Below are positions 13,072 through 29,437 of a stretch of 64,000 nucleotides of DNA, piece after piece. Source of the DNA: the human T2T-CHM13v2.0 reference genome, Homo sapiens; NCBI RefSeq assembly GCF_009914755.1, contig NC_060936.1; one strand, given 5' to 3'. The notes beneath the pieces were generated by a model. That model saw nothing but the letters and a program-made list of their open reading frames with translations, was not told the origin of the DNA and searched no databases. How positions within the stretch are numbered: position 1 is the stretch's first letter; the number at the start of each line of letters is the position of its first letter. The translations under genes were made by a program, and so were the position numbers.

Positions 13072-14396
13072 CTCTTCTAAGAATAGTAGTGTGATCAGCT
13101 ACACAGGTGAAGGGTATTAATGGGGGGGGAGGGGCCAGATAGGTAGGTAACTGGAGTTCAGGAAGCACTTTGAAGAATAAGGTGGAATAAGGTGGAGTAG
13201 CCCAGGCAGCAGGGGCCACCAGACGGAGATGCAGCAAAGAGCTGGGAGACAGTCAATAAGAAAAGTTGACCTACTCAGCTTGTTAGATAAAGCAAGTCTC
13301 CTCCCTGGAATACAATGAATAAACACTGTCCTCTGTTGCTAAAATCTAAGTGGCTGCCTGGTCTCATGAAGTGAGTTACAGTGGGCTTGCTTGTGAGGGT
13401 TTCTCTAAGACTGAAGCTTCCCGATGACTGAATGTGTCCTTAGCTCTGAGCAACCAAATTACTTGCAGATTTTTGAAATGATCATTCTGTGAGTTGGGGA
13501 TCACGTACAAAACATTTCCTCATTTCCATGTGTATCAAATACTGGCGTTAATTTTTATCCATTTTTCCTTAAACACGTTTTGACACCTTTAAGGCTGCTT
13601 TTGTTCTTTGCAATCTCTGACAAGAACACACAAAATTCTCATTTGTATTTTTTAAGTCCTAAATTAATGCAACATAACTTAATAATAGCTATAATGGTTC
13701 TATTAAGGTACTGAGCACTGGGAATATCACTCTTATTTTAGTAACATCACATGTGTGCTGCTGAAATCCACAGGGCAAAACAATTTAGTGCTTAAGTAGA
13801 AAAGGATGTCACAGGATGTCAGATCCTGTCTCTGTTTCAGTGGGTGTAGAGAATTGCCTGAGAAGTGCATATTTGGCTGAAAAGGAAGGAAGAGATCCAA
13901 CACTTAAATAATAATAATTGTAACACTGAATTTAGCTGCATCCGCAGCACTGAATATCCCCCAAATGGAGAGGCGTGATGTGTGACTAAGTACTGGTGCT
14001 ATTGTTTGGCTTAAATAAATCTCCCTCTGTATTCACATATTTTATACAATGAATTTACCATATATATATTTCACTTAAGCTGTAAGTATGTTTAAAATGT
14101 TTGAAACAGCAAGGTTTAGATTAACTGCAAAAGCAGTATTCTTATTATGGATCAAGGTCACTTAGATACCAAGAATACCACTGTTGAAAGCTTGCTTAAT
14201 GTATCACTAAAATGGCTTTAAAAAACCTATTTATTTTTACTCTACTCCTGTGACAGACTTAAAAAAAAGGCTTTTAATCTAAAGTCCTGTGTGGACCAGA
14301 CACAGCCATATATTCTGCCTCTTCCTCCTCCTAAGTAATAAATTACTACCACCAGTGCCTTAATATTTGATGGTTTCATTTTTATATCCAAGTGTT

Positions 14397-14694
<298 letters not shown>

Positions 14695-14745
<51 letters not shown>

Positions 14746-14753
14746 CTCTCTCT
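14695..14753. repeat. (TA)n(CA)~19(TA)n(TC)n microsatellite at the Alu tail
   Basis: Directly visible. Confidence 0.95.
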
Positions 14754-17156
14754 CCAAGTGTTTAGTATGCATAAAATTTTGCGGGAGGAAAAGGTATAAC
14801 CTTTCTCAAATAATTAACTAAATGGATATGTGCCATCTATTCAATAGTTTGTGTTTCTTCCCCTCTGAAATGCTACTTCTACATTATTATTAAATACTAT
14901 TTGAGCATGTTTCTGGCTGAAATACCAAAGGTGGCTTGTACAAATACCAAATTTTCATTATGTTTTACTTTTAAGCCCAGTCTTGCACTGCAAAAACTAC
15001 TTTGCAATGTGTCGTTGTACCTACCTTGCTCCTCCTAAGAGCTTTGTTATATACTGTGTTTGTCCACAAGAACATGGCTACAGTTGACTGAAGCAAACAT
15101 AAACACTCAAACCAAAGACAGACTTAGAAGCTAAGGATTTATGATAATCTTGCCTCAAAGCTCTTCATGACCCTTACAACATGATGAGTTCGACATTCAG
15201 ATCCTCCTCTTGGTAGTTAAAATGCAGAGTCTGAGATGGATAATGGGATAAAAGTAAAGTCTGGTAGTAGAAGATGTAAAAAAATCAGAAGCCATGACCA
15301 AGTTTGACAAAACATGAGTGAAGCTTACAAGTAATAGCAGGAGTATTCATTTATTTATCATATAAGTGCCTGGCATTATCCTCCTACTCAGGTATACAGT
15401 TACGATAAAGTCTCTGCTGCCATGGAACATATCAGGAAGGAAATAGGAATTAAACAAACAACAAATCAGGCTAATCTCTGAAGGTAGAAGTGCTCTGAAG
15501 GGCATAAGACAAGGAGATGTTGAAGCTACTGGGAAGGAAGTTTATTTTATATCGGAAGGCAGGGAAGGCCTGCCTGCAAAGGCATGCATTTGCAGTAAGA
15601 TCTGAATGATAAGAAGGGGTCAACCCTGTGGCCTAGAGAAGAACATTCCAGGTGAAGGGAAATGCGAGCAAAAGAGTTTAAGCAAAAATGAGATTGGCAT
15701 TTGGGAGGCAGAAAGCAAATAGAAGAGATGAAGTCAGAGATGGTACCATCATGTTGCACTGGCAGGTCTGCTGCCTTGGTGTGTATGGTGCCCCTGCAGT
15801 TGTGTGCTCCATTGCTCTGCTCTGAGAAACAGGCAGGGAGGATTTGTGAGGCCTCATGGGATTTTATGTATGTGTGTAGCATATGTGCACTGTAAAATGA
15901 CTGGAGAGTTTTAAGTAGCGGAGCCACTAGTTTTACAAAAGCTCTCTATGGTTATTATATAAGCAATGGGCTGCAGAGAGTGGGCAAAAGTAGAAGCCAA
16001 AAATAATCAAGTCTTCATATGGTGGGACACTGTACAAAGGGGCCTTAGTGGGCTTCGCGAATCTGGCTAATGCATGTCCCTCCTCAACCTCTCCAATGCT
16101 ATGCTTTTATTTAACTTCTGGGGGCAAAGTACACCATCTATGAGCTCAAAAAGGCCAGATCTGGCACTTACTATCTGTGTGATCTTAGGTGTTTGGTTTT
16201 TGTTGATTTCAGCCATATGATATAGATGACAATATCCTCTGACAGGTTACAGAAAGGAATAAATGAAGTAATATACAAACACCAACATGCAGTTATATTC
16301 CTTTCTCTATTAAGCTAGTGGGATTTCTAATCTTTACCATGTATTAACATAATTTGGAACCACTTTTATCTTTAACCGTTAAAATAATATTTAGACATTC
16401 TTAATTGGTAAAAGCATCTTTCAACAAGTCAGTCATTCTTTCCTGCATTTATTTTTTCAAAAATATTCATTAGATAGTCTCCACATAATTTCTAAGAAAA
16501 TGTACTCCATTTTGCAAAAGATAAAGGGAAAAGAACGCTAGATTGAAAAACAGAAATCATAGTCTCTGAATCTGAAGATTCCAACTGTGGTAGCAGCAGG
16601 GGCTATTCTCTCAAGCCCTTGAGTTGAGCCAAAGTGTTATATAACTCCAGGCACAGTCTCAATTAAACTACTTACTGAAGAAGATTTAAAATTTATGATT
16701 ACAACATCATAGAGGTACTTCTTATAGAATCATGATAGCTCAGATATAGTTTCCTGAAAGGCTCAAATTTTGAGATTAACAGAAGGTAAGAAAAATCTCT
16801 AGCTAGTATTTAATTAATACATTTATTTTTTTCTAAATGCTTAAATAGTAGCATTGAATAAAAAGAAAATTGAAAAGTCACTATGGTGAAGAGTTCAGAG
16901 CCCTGGGTTCAAAATACAGCTCCACCACTGCCACATGTGAGACTGTGGACAGGATCTTTAAGCATCAGACATCTCATCCAACAGCAAGTATATGAACAGT
17001 TCCTATCTCCTAAGGTTGTTTAAAATAAAGTATTTTATCTTTGAACATGGCACATACTCAATGTCTTTTTCAAAATGATGTAAGCTGAAATAGTTTTTGT
17101 TTTTATTGGCACGAACAGTGAGCGTGAAATTGTGGTTACTTCAATTCCCTGTAATC

Positions 17157-17434
17157 TAGGGAGCTGCCATCTTAAATGGTAGTTACCTAGTCTATTGAAA
17201 CTAGCTAGAAGGAAATGCAAAAGGATAGGGAGCTGCTATCCTAAATGATAGTTACCTAGTCAATTGAAACTAGCTAGAAAGAAATGCAAAAGGATAGGGA
17301 GCTGCTATCCTAAATGACAGTGACCTAGTCAATTGAAACTAGCTAGAAGGAAATGCAAAAGGATAGGGAGCTGCTATCCTAAATGACAGTTACCTAGTCA
17401 ATTGAAACTAGCTAGAAGCAAATGCAAAAGGATA
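17157..17434. repeat. 69-bp minisatellite, 4 copies (intron 2)
   Basis: TAGGGAGCTGCTATCCTAAATGACAGTTACCTAGTCAATTGAAACTAGCTAGAAGGAAATGCAAAAGGA units starting at 17157, 17226, 17295 and 17364. Confidence 0.95.
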
Positions 17435-17914
17435 AAATGTTCATGGGTGTGCACTACGTTTTTTAGTTTATTTTTTTGATAACTGTTTCTTAGTAAAGAC
17501 TCAGTTTGCTGCTTTAGAATTTAAATTTTGAAAAAAGACATGGCTTGGTTAGGGGTTATTCAGGCAGCCTTTACATATGATACAAAGGGACAGTGTGTTC
17601 TCCTGAAGGCAAGGCAGCATTTTTGTTGTTGTTCCTACATTCAAGGCAGCCATCAGAAGAAATAAGGAATCCATTCAGTGAAATAAATAAGAAAAGGGCT
17701 TCTTTCCTCAAGTCTTCGAGAACTAAAGAAAGCTTAACTGTGGTTTGAACTACAAAGGATACATATGAGGTAAGGCAAAAAGCCTATGGAGGTATGTAAG
17801 AAAAATTGAAGTGGAAGGTGATAATAGAATGGTATTAGTGTTAAATCTCCTGATGTTGATAATTGCACTGATGATCTCAGAATATGTCCTATTCTTAGGA
17901 AACGTACTCTAAAA

Positions 17915-18087
17915 CAGGGGTCCCCAACACCCAGGTCACGAGCCAGTACTGAATCTAGAGAATCTAGCTAATGCCTGATGATCTGAACTGGAACAATTTC
18001 ATCCCAAAACTATCCCCTCACACATCTGTGGAAAAATTGTCTCCCACAAAACTGGTTCCCTAGTGCCAGAAAGGTTGGGGACTGCTG
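17915..18087 (+). mobile_element. Internally deleted MER1 (hAT-Charlie) element
   Basis: TIRs CAGGGGTCCCCAAC / GTTGGGGACTGCTG; 8-bp TSD CTCTAAAA / CTCTAAAG. Confidence 0.8.
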
Positions 18088-19145
18088 CTCTAAAGGACGT
18101 GTAAGTAAAGGGCATAATATCTGCAATTTATTCTCAAATGGTTCCAGCCATCTATAGATAGATATAGACAAATACGTCATGGACATCTATGTATTTCTAT
18201 AGATCTCTGTATCTATAAATCTACCTATGAACATACACATATATATATATACACATATATGTATGTATATATGTATATATGGTGAGAGAGTATAAATAAC
18301 AACATGTTAAGAATTGGTAAATGTAGGTGAATTATTTATGAAAGTTTTATTTTCTTGCCATTCTTAAAAATTTTCTGTAAATCTGAAATCATTTCAAAAT
18401 AAAACCATTAGGTAAAAGTTTCAGGGGCATAACAGAATATTCCCACAACCTCACAAAGCCATGCATGGCACAGATTACTTATTAATTAAAGGAGGGAAAG
18501 GGATCTTTGCAGTGGAGAAGGCTTGCTGTGACCACTTGAACCAGGGGATTAAGTCCAGCAGTAATGAGACAAGTTGAACATCATGTGTCTCCTGATGGTC
18601 TGCACAAAGAAGGACATGACATCACCTAGTTCCAATCCCACCCAAAAAATTCAACCCGAGCTGAATTACAAGAAAACATCAGACAGACAAATTGAGGGAC
18701 ATTCTGCAGAACTCACCTGGATGCTAGAAAAATGTCAATGACACAAGAAACAAAGAAAGGTTGAGTAACAGTTCCAGCTTAAAGAATGAAGAGACGTAAG
18801 TATATGAGACACATGATCTTGGACTGAGGTGAAAATAGCTATAAACGGCATGATTTTGACAACATGGAGAATTTTAAATGTTAATAGTGTATACTGGATG
18901 ATAGTATTGCATCAGTGTTAAATTCTCTAAGTGTAGTAACTATTTATGGTCACATAGGGAGAATATAATTCTTTTAGGAGATACATGCTTAAATATTTGA
19001 AAGTGAAGTGGGATTACATCTACAACTTCAAATTGCTCAGGAAAAAAAGAAATCTTTTAAAGATATAATAAAATTCCAAGGTGCCCAAAGAAACTGTGTA
19101 CACATGCTGAACTTCTCTATCATCTATGGTGTTCTTGAAATGTAC

Positions 19146-19274
19146 CTTTCCCAGAATGCTGATAGCACACGCCATACCAACTTGTCCAACACCCACTACA
19201 GTGATCTTATTGTTTGGAACTGTTGCCTCTTCTTCCGCAACTGGTGCAATGAGTTTTTCCTTAAGAGTTGCCAT
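19146..19274 (-). CDS. LDHB: LDHB coding part of exon 2 (MATLKEK...ISILGK); exon spans 19146-19280 with 6 nt of 5' UTR
   Basis: CAG acceptor at 19283-19281, ATG at 19274-19272, donor AAG|GTACAT at 19146; 129 coding nt; Rossmann GxGxxG motif. Confidence 0.97.
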
Positions 19275-19444
19275 TTTGCACTGCAAGGAAAGAATCAAAA
19301 CATTACACATATATCTGCATATGAAATCCAAATAGAAATCATCCTTAAAATGTTACTGTTGCAATTTCGAACTGAAGTACAACTTAAAATGAGCCTAATG
19401 ATATTCTAGAAAGCAGAATATATTTTAAAGAACCATGAGACCCG

Positions 19445-19743
19445 GCTGGGCATGGTGGCTCATGCCTGTAATCCCAACACTTTGGGAGGCAGAGGCTGGT
19501 GGATCACGAGGTCAAGAGATTGAGACCATCCTGGCCAACATGGTGAAACCCCGTCTCTACTAAAAAAAAGAAAATTAGCTGGGCATGGTGGTGCAAGCCT
19601 GTAGTCCTAACTACTCAGGAGGCTAAGGAAGGAGAATCACTTGAACCCAGGAAGTGGAGGTTGCAGTGAGCTTAGATCTCACCACTGCACCCCAGCCTGG
19701 CAACAGAGCGATTCCGTCTCAAAAGGAAAAAAAGAAAAAAAAG
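19445..19743 (+). mobile_element. AluS (Sc-like) element in intron 1
   Basis: Alu dimer; TSD AAGAACCATGAGACCC on both sides. Confidence 0.92.
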
Positions 19744-21599
19744 AACCATGAGACCCATTTAATGGAAGAATTCATTAAGGTAAAAACTTTCATGAAGCCC
19801 ATTAGAATTGGATTTCTTCCTTCAGCCTATGATTCCATGTGAGTATTTAGTAGGTTGTTAATATTTCTGGCTAAAAACCTGTGAACATTTGTTTAAATTA
19901 GCTAATTTGTTTGTTTCCTCTATTAAGAATGTATATGGAACTATGTAAACTAAGTTTGGGTCTAGTATTGACTCATACTTAAGCTTGGATAAAAAGAATA
20001 AATGGCCAATTATGAACATAATTTCTACTACTAATGGTTATCATTCTTGGAAGATAGGGACTGATTCTTCTACTCTGTCTCACATAAAATGTGTTACAGC
20101 GTACTGGACATAGAATGCATACTTAATACATAGTGACAATATAATGGCAATGAATAATTTTTATTCAAAGTCTGCAAAAATATCAACCTGAATTCCTTTT
20201 AGGGCACCTAAGAAGCTTCTTGGAAAGTAGATAGACACTTAATACATTGTCGTTTCAGGGGATCACATTAGGAGACTATCAGTCTCTGAAACAGTTTCTG
20301 TCTAACCATCCAAACTAAAGACCCCTAAAATGTAAAAAACAAAACAAAACCGAAACCTGTTGGAAAATGAACGATCTGTACAGTAACACCAAATGTACTT
20401 GTGCCATCAGATAACCAGATGTGTTTTCTAGATAACTGAAAAAAAGAGCAAAACTTATCGAAATAAACATCAATTCCATGGCAATTTATAGTACACTAAA
20501 TATATACCACCCTGTCTTCTTGAACAGAGAATACAGATGGCAAATAAGCCTTTTCTTCATAATTATTACTTATAATTGTAGTAGTCCATTGTAATGTCCA
20601 TGATTTTCACTTGTTTTTTACTTTTTATGTCGCATCTGAGGTCACCATACCTGTCTCAAACTGTACCAGAGCTTCCCAGTCTAGTTTTTAATTCTAATCT
20701 GCAATGGACTAAGCAATAAGCCTAGTCTATTAACTGTATACGTAAAGTAAGAGTTAGCAGGACTCAAAGTTGGAATAAAGCATCTGAATTTGGAGACAAC
20801 TGTGTAACAACTATTTTATCTTATAGTTTTTTTTCCAAAAAATATTTCCTCCCATCTGTAAGGATAAATTAAAAGGAGATTCTTTCGCCTTTACAGATCA
20901 CATTTACAGTTTCCTAGTGGACGTTAAAGAGAGAAGATGCAATGTTGTGCAAGTGCCTCCACAAATAGATGACCTTAAAATGAAATAAATTCAGACATGG
21001 CCTGCATTTTAAACAGGCTCAGAAGAAAGAATGCTGCATCTCTTTTTGAAGGACGACACACATGAATAGTTGTTCTGCACTTAAGTTTATTGTTGTTAGA
21101 TGGTCTGTTTACGACCATTTTGGTATACAGGGGGCCCAGGAAGCAGTGGAAAATGAAAATGAAGAAACAGTGGCTATATAAATACAGATTCGTTGTTCTG
21201 ATAGACCTTTTAATTTAGAAAACTTCAGGAAGTACAATTTAAAGGCTCGAACCAGATTTTCTTTCAGATATTTCTGGAGAAAGTGCTTTTCTTCAATTTT
21301 TCCTTAAAAGGAGTTTTAAGAAATGAGAAGAAAATGGTCTGCATGATATACAGGCCTGTGCCAACATCAGAGTGCAGGCTGTAAGGAACAAGAACGACAA
21401 ACGGTAAAAATCTCTGAGTCTTGGTCCCTTATGTCTCCTCACTGCTGTGGATATAAATCATTAGAAATAAAGGAGTGCCTTAATTTCAGGAACAAAGATC
21501 TTCTTTGCAGAATCTTTCTCACCGTAATCTTTTAAAAATCCAGGTTTTGCTTTTGAATTCCTCCCCTCCCCCCATTCCCCAGGCCCTTACTGCAGCTTG

Positions 21600-23066
<1,467 letters not shown>

Positions 23067-23284
23067 AGAAATAAATTTCTATGTTGCATTTCAGTTAAAC
23101 TTTAAAGGACTTAAAAAAATACATCTGAATTTAGATCATCTCCGTTTTAAAGTTCATTTGATGAAAATGACTATTTTTTTCAACCTGTTTCAACAAACAC
23201 GCAATGATTGCTTACTCGTTGCCTGACAAGACCAATGAGGCTTTGTCCCTGCCATCTGAAGTTCCCCTACAATTCCACCTGGTC

Positions 23285-23293
23285 TCAAGGTCA
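23285..23293 (+). promoter_or_regulatory. Perfect ERR response element TCAAGGTCA about 850 bp upstream of the LDHB TSS
   Basis: Exact match to the ERR/NR5A extended half-site consensus. Confidence 0.5.
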
Positions 23294-25948
23294 GGCTTTG
23301 CCCTCTAGGGGAAATGTGGGACCACTAAGTGAGATGCACTTTCTTTTTTAGTCCCTAATCGACTCCAAAGCTGGATGTTGTCATTCATTCTGTCTTCAAC
23401 ACTCAGCCAGTGCTTGGTACCTAAATATAGCATTGATGAATAAATGAATGAATGATAAATTGGAGGAATTCTGAAGAGTCTGGCTTCAGTTCTGTTTTCT
23501 TATAATTAAAATGCTTTCAAATATAGCCATCTCACAAACTTCCTGTATGTGAAGTGTTTTTTTTTGTAAATGCATATTTCTTGTATATGACCACTAATTC
23601 TATAATTATTGCTTCAGTTTATTCTCAGTGCCAAGCATTGGTAAAAAACATAAATATAAGATTATGCCCTTTGAGGTGTTCCTAGTCCATTGGAGACAGA
23701 CAAGTAGGCAACCTATTTCAATTACAATAAGTGGCAATAGAAATTTGGTTAAAGTACAATAAAAATTCAGAGTAAAGAATCACTAAGAGAAGGGTTTGTT
23801 GAGAAGAATTCATAAGCCTCAAACTCTCCTAGCATAAATCATTCAGCTAGTGGGGACTTTGACTGAAGATACAGTCCAATTACAAATTAAAATGTGATGG
23901 TGAGGAAAAGAGCTTGGAGGATAATCTCAAAAGTATTACATTAACCCTAAATCCAAGTTTGAAGCAAGAATAGCCAAGTCAGCCTAGCAAGTTATCTAGA
24001 AGGTACCCTAGATTTCTTTTTCACTTACTTTGCAAGTCAGATATTTAGACTTTACTTCTAAATATCTTTCCACTTATTCCTCTTCTTGCCATCCCCATTA
24101 CTGTGTAACTTTGGAGATGAGGTAGGAAAAAATGAAAAGAGGTATCTATTTCCCTCCTCTACCCTCATTTCCATTCCTCGCCACAAGGTGTTCTAATCTG
24201 ATTGAACAAAGTGAATGCTCTAGTATGTAACTCTAAATGCCAGGAGAGCATACTACCCCTCTCAAATAGTTGAGAATTGTATACCCTGGCAAGTTATCTT
24301 TTATGTGTAAAACACAATTTTATATATACAATGATCCAGAAAATATATGCCCCATACCATTCTATTTTGAAAAAAATCATTGGGAAACTATATGCCAACA
24401 TATTGAAAAATAAGCAAAATTAGGAATCCAAGAAAGGGGGGAATTATGGCATAAAAATACAGGCAATGATGGCTAAACCAATTAATTTAGAGATAAGGAC
24501 AAATAATTCCCAGAAACGTAGTTATAAAATTGAATGTTAATGTCCAAAATTGTCAAAACAATATTTGTCAAAAGGAGAATATTTTTCTTTCAAAAAATAT
24601 TGAGGACTTCCTCTGTGACAGGCACTGTTTCAGTGATCAAGACAGATAAAATGCCTGCTCATGAGGAACATATATTCTGGTGGAGGATCATAGATAATAA
24701 ACAAGTCAATGAATTTTAAAATGATTAGATAAAGGATGTAAACATAACAACATACAAGTTGCCCGTCTGGGCTTTTCCAGCCTGTGGGCTGTTGTCAACA
24801 ATATTTATGATGTTGCAGAAGATGGAGTAATTCACTCCTATAGTAAATGACTCCATACTGCTGTGTTTTTTGACTTCTCATGCCTTAAAAAAAAAGTCTC
24901 CTGTTGTCAGATTGTGAACTGTTTTAAAACTGTATTCATAGAATTGGAGAACAAAATAGGAACTTTAAAATAATCTAATCCAAATGAATGCCTAGAGTTT
25001 GAGTGACTGGCCTCAAATTAGTCTGTGATTTAAGAATAGAACCAAAAATAATTTTGGTCTTGCAGCTATCTGTGTGCCTTTCTGTGGGATTCTTTGTAAA
25101 TTCTATTTTGCTGTCTTTATTCTTCGGTAGCCACAAAACCAGATTAGCTAATGTTATTAGGACTGTAAGTTCTTTGAGGGTACTTTATTCACTTTTATAT
25201 CTCCAAGTAGCATAGTATTTCTGACAAGATACATTTATATCTCCCAGCAGATACCTATTAAACTTGAGGCACAGTATGAGTAAATGAACCCTGAGTTAGG
25301 ATTTGAAAGACATTCATTGATACATAGATTCTTTTACATCATTTTCCTTATTTCCTAGTTCTTCGGAATAGTTTGAGGAGCTGAAGTTCCTTGAAGCTGA
25401 GCTTCAGGTAGGTGAGGTATTACTATAATAGCAATATATGCTTGTAAATGGACAGCAACTGGCCTTGGTGGGTATCTCTAACAAGAAGAAGAAAAAGGTT
25501 CCAGGGAGAGAAAATAATACTAGTGGGGAAAAGGAGAACTGAGAGTTTAATGTCTCAAAAAGCAAAATAATTCGATTCTAATTGTCTAGCCCTTCATTAG
25601 ATAGTTGTAACATAGAGTACCTTTTTCCGTTTACATGTTAGCTGTTCTTTTTAGAAGACAGGTAGTTAAATTCTAAATCATACTAATAACTGTGAATTGA
25701 CTCATTGTGGTGTCTACTTGGATATAGACTAGTTTGTGCTAAGCAGTACGTCCCTAATGTGCTTGAATGACAGATGTTTAGAAGTAGTTTATCGGTAAAA
25801 AATACCTAGGCTCAAAGCTATGAATATGCATACATTTTTATCTCTTGCTCTTGCAAGCTGTTTTCTCTGGGTATCTGAAAAACGTCATGGAAAAACTTTG
25901 ACTATATTTATTCTACTTATGGAAAGATGCTTTCTTGCTGTCTCCTAC

Positions 25949-27392
25949 TGAAAGGTGACAGCGTGCTGGCAGTCCTCACAGCCCTCCCTGGCTCTCGGCG
26001 CCTCTTCTGCCTGGGCTCCCCCTTTGGGGGCACTTGAGGAGCCCTTCAGCCCACCGCTGCACTGTGGGAGCCCCTTTCTGGGCTGGCCAAGGCCAGAGGT
26101 GGCTCACTCAGCTTCCAGGGGGTGTGGAGGGAGAGGCGCGAGCGGGAACCGGGGCTGCGCGCTGCGCTTGCGGGCCAGCTAGAGTTCCGGGTGGGCGTGG
26201 GCTTGGCAGGCCCCGCACTCGGAGCAGCCGGCAGTCCCTGCCGGCCCCAGGCAATGAGGGGCTTAGCACCCGGGCCAGCGGCTGCGGAGGGTGTACTAGG
26301 TCCCCCAGCAGCGCCGGCCCACTGGCGCTGCGCTCCATTTCTCGCCGGGCCTTAGCTGCCTCCCTGCGGGGCAGGGCTCGGGACCTGCAGCCCGCCATGC
26401 CTGGGCCTCCCCCGCTCCCTGGGCTCCTGTGCGGCTCAAGCCTCCCGGAGGAGCGCCGCCCCCTGCTCCACTGCGCCCAGTCCCATCTACCACCCAAGGG
26501 CTGGGGAGTGCGGGCCCAAGGCGCAGGACTGGCAAACAGCTCCACCCGCGGCCCGGTACCGGCGGGATCCACTGGGTGAAGCCAGCTGGGCTCCTGACTC
26601 TGGTGGGGACTTGGGAGAACCTTTATGTCTAGCTAAGGGATTGTAAATACACCAATCGGCACTCTGTATCTAGCTCAAGGTTTGTAAACACACCAATCAG
26701 CACCCTGTGTCTAGCTCAGGGTTTGTGAATGCACCAATCCACACTCTGTATCTAGCTACTCAGGTGGGGACGTGGAGAACATTTGTGTCTAGCTCAGGGA
26801 TTGTAAATGCACCAATCAGTGCCCTGACAAAACAGACCACTGGGCTCTACCAATCAGCAGGATGTGGGTGGGGCCGGACAAGAGAATAAAAGCAGGCTCC
26901 CGGAGCCAGTAGTAGCAAGTGGCTGTGGTCCCCTTCCACGGTGTGGGGGCTTTGTTCTTTCGCTCTTTGCAATAAATCTTGCTGCTGCTCACTCTTTGGG
27001 TCCACACTGCCTTTATGAGCTGTAACATTCACCGCGAAGGTTTGCAGCTTCACTCATTAAGCCAGTGAAACCACTAACCCACCAAGAGGAACGGACAAAC
27101 AACTCCCGACGCGCGGCCTTACTGTTACATTCACGGCGAAGGTCCGCAGCCTCACTCCTGAGCTAGCGTGACCACGAACCAACCAGAAGGAACAAACTCC
27201 GAACACATCTGAACATCAGAAGGAACAAACTCCGAACACGCCGCCTTTAAGAACTGTAACACTCACCGCGACGGCCTTTAAGAACTGTAACACTCACCGC
27301 GACGGCCTTTAAGAACTGTAACACTCACCGCGATGGTCCGCGGCTTCATTCTTGAAGTCAGTCAGACCAAGAACCTCCCAATTCCGGACGCC
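25949..27392 (+). mobile_element. Solo LTR12 (ERV9; LTR12C-like)
   Basis: TGAAAGGTGACAGCGTGCTGGCAGTCC start, CCAATTCCGGAC end, CTAC TSD, CCAAT/GATA repeats, AATAAAA TATA-like box near 26885. Confidence 0.95.
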
Positions 27393-27933
27393 CTACCGGG
27401 GGACATGATAAATCTGGGAAGGGCACCTCAGGTAAGCCTTTGACTTGCTAAGGGTTCAGCCTTGCTAGAGTTATACAGAGAATAAAATATGCATGTATAG
27501 TGAATTATACACAGTTTGAAGTTCACAGTTTTTGTCTGAAAGTGACCTTTCAGGCAGAGGAGCTGAAAGATCAGCAGAGCCCATTAGAAACCAGAACTGC
27601 CTTTCCACATGGTGTTATTCTCATTGTCTGGGTGCTGCTTCTGGGAACAGAAGCACCTAGTCTACATTCTCTGGGCATTGTGTGAAGTCGTCTGATGCCA
27701 TCTATATTTCCCCTTCCTGGAATAATGAACTATTATCCTTTCTGGTGCCCAGGACTGCAGTTGCAAATACTTACTTTCTTATATCAGAGATCCTGAAGGA
27801 CATAGTAGCTTTTCTATGTTCTAGCTGTACACATTTCAAAACACAGATTTTTTTAATTTTATTTGTTTAGTTTATGTTTTAGAAAATAAAAGGTTAATCA
27901 GAATGCAAATGCTGGTAGTAAAACAAATAGTCC

Positions 27934-28534
<601 letters not shown>

Positions 28535-29060
28535 ACAGTCCGCTGCCTCTCTCTCATCCCCAGTCCTGATCCTCAGAGCAACTACTCATTCTTTCTGACT
28601 TGTTGAGTTGTAGTCCGAAAGTCCAGCTGCTGTTTCCTTTCTCTCCCTGTGCTCATTTAAAATATGCATGAGTATCTAGTCCTTTAAATATACATTAATT
28701 TGTGAGGTGGAAAGTATTATTACTGAGATTTTTTTGCTAGAAAACCCTAGAGTTCACTTGACTAAAGTTTTGTTAGAGTCCTGCAAAGCAATACACATCC
28801 AGGAATTTGTATTATATGATTTGTGTAAAGCTTTCATTTATTGAAAATAGTACTATGTGCCAGGCATGCAATGCATTAACTGCATGTAATAATGTGCTCA
28901 CATGAACCAAGTATAAGTAATGCTTACTTTACTTATATTAACTTACGTAATCCTCATTTCAACCCTATGTGGTAGGTACTTTTATTTTTCTTATTTTAAG
29001 GATATGGGGAAACTGAATCACAGAAGGTCAATAACCTGACCAAGATCACACAACTAGTAA

Positions 29061-29437
<377 letters not shown>

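Noticed and set aside
17157-17434. CRISPR-like array
   Set aside because: Head-to-tail units with no unique spacers, in a eukaryotic intron; it is a minisatellite
19020-19331. ORF-track extensions of LDHB exons as separate proteins (also 1424-1813, 6476-6751, 8477-8677)
   Set aside because: These are exons read into flanking introns; canonical splice sites delimit the true coding parts
19008-19409. 133-aa antisense ORF overlapping exon 2
   Set aside because: GTG start, no recognisable domain, partly old repeat sequence; consistent with a chance antisense frame
25955-27053. Long GC-rich overlapping ORFs (up to 181 aa), likewise 38030-39339
   Set aside because: All lie inside LTR12 elements, where high GC suppresses stop codons; no protein homology evident
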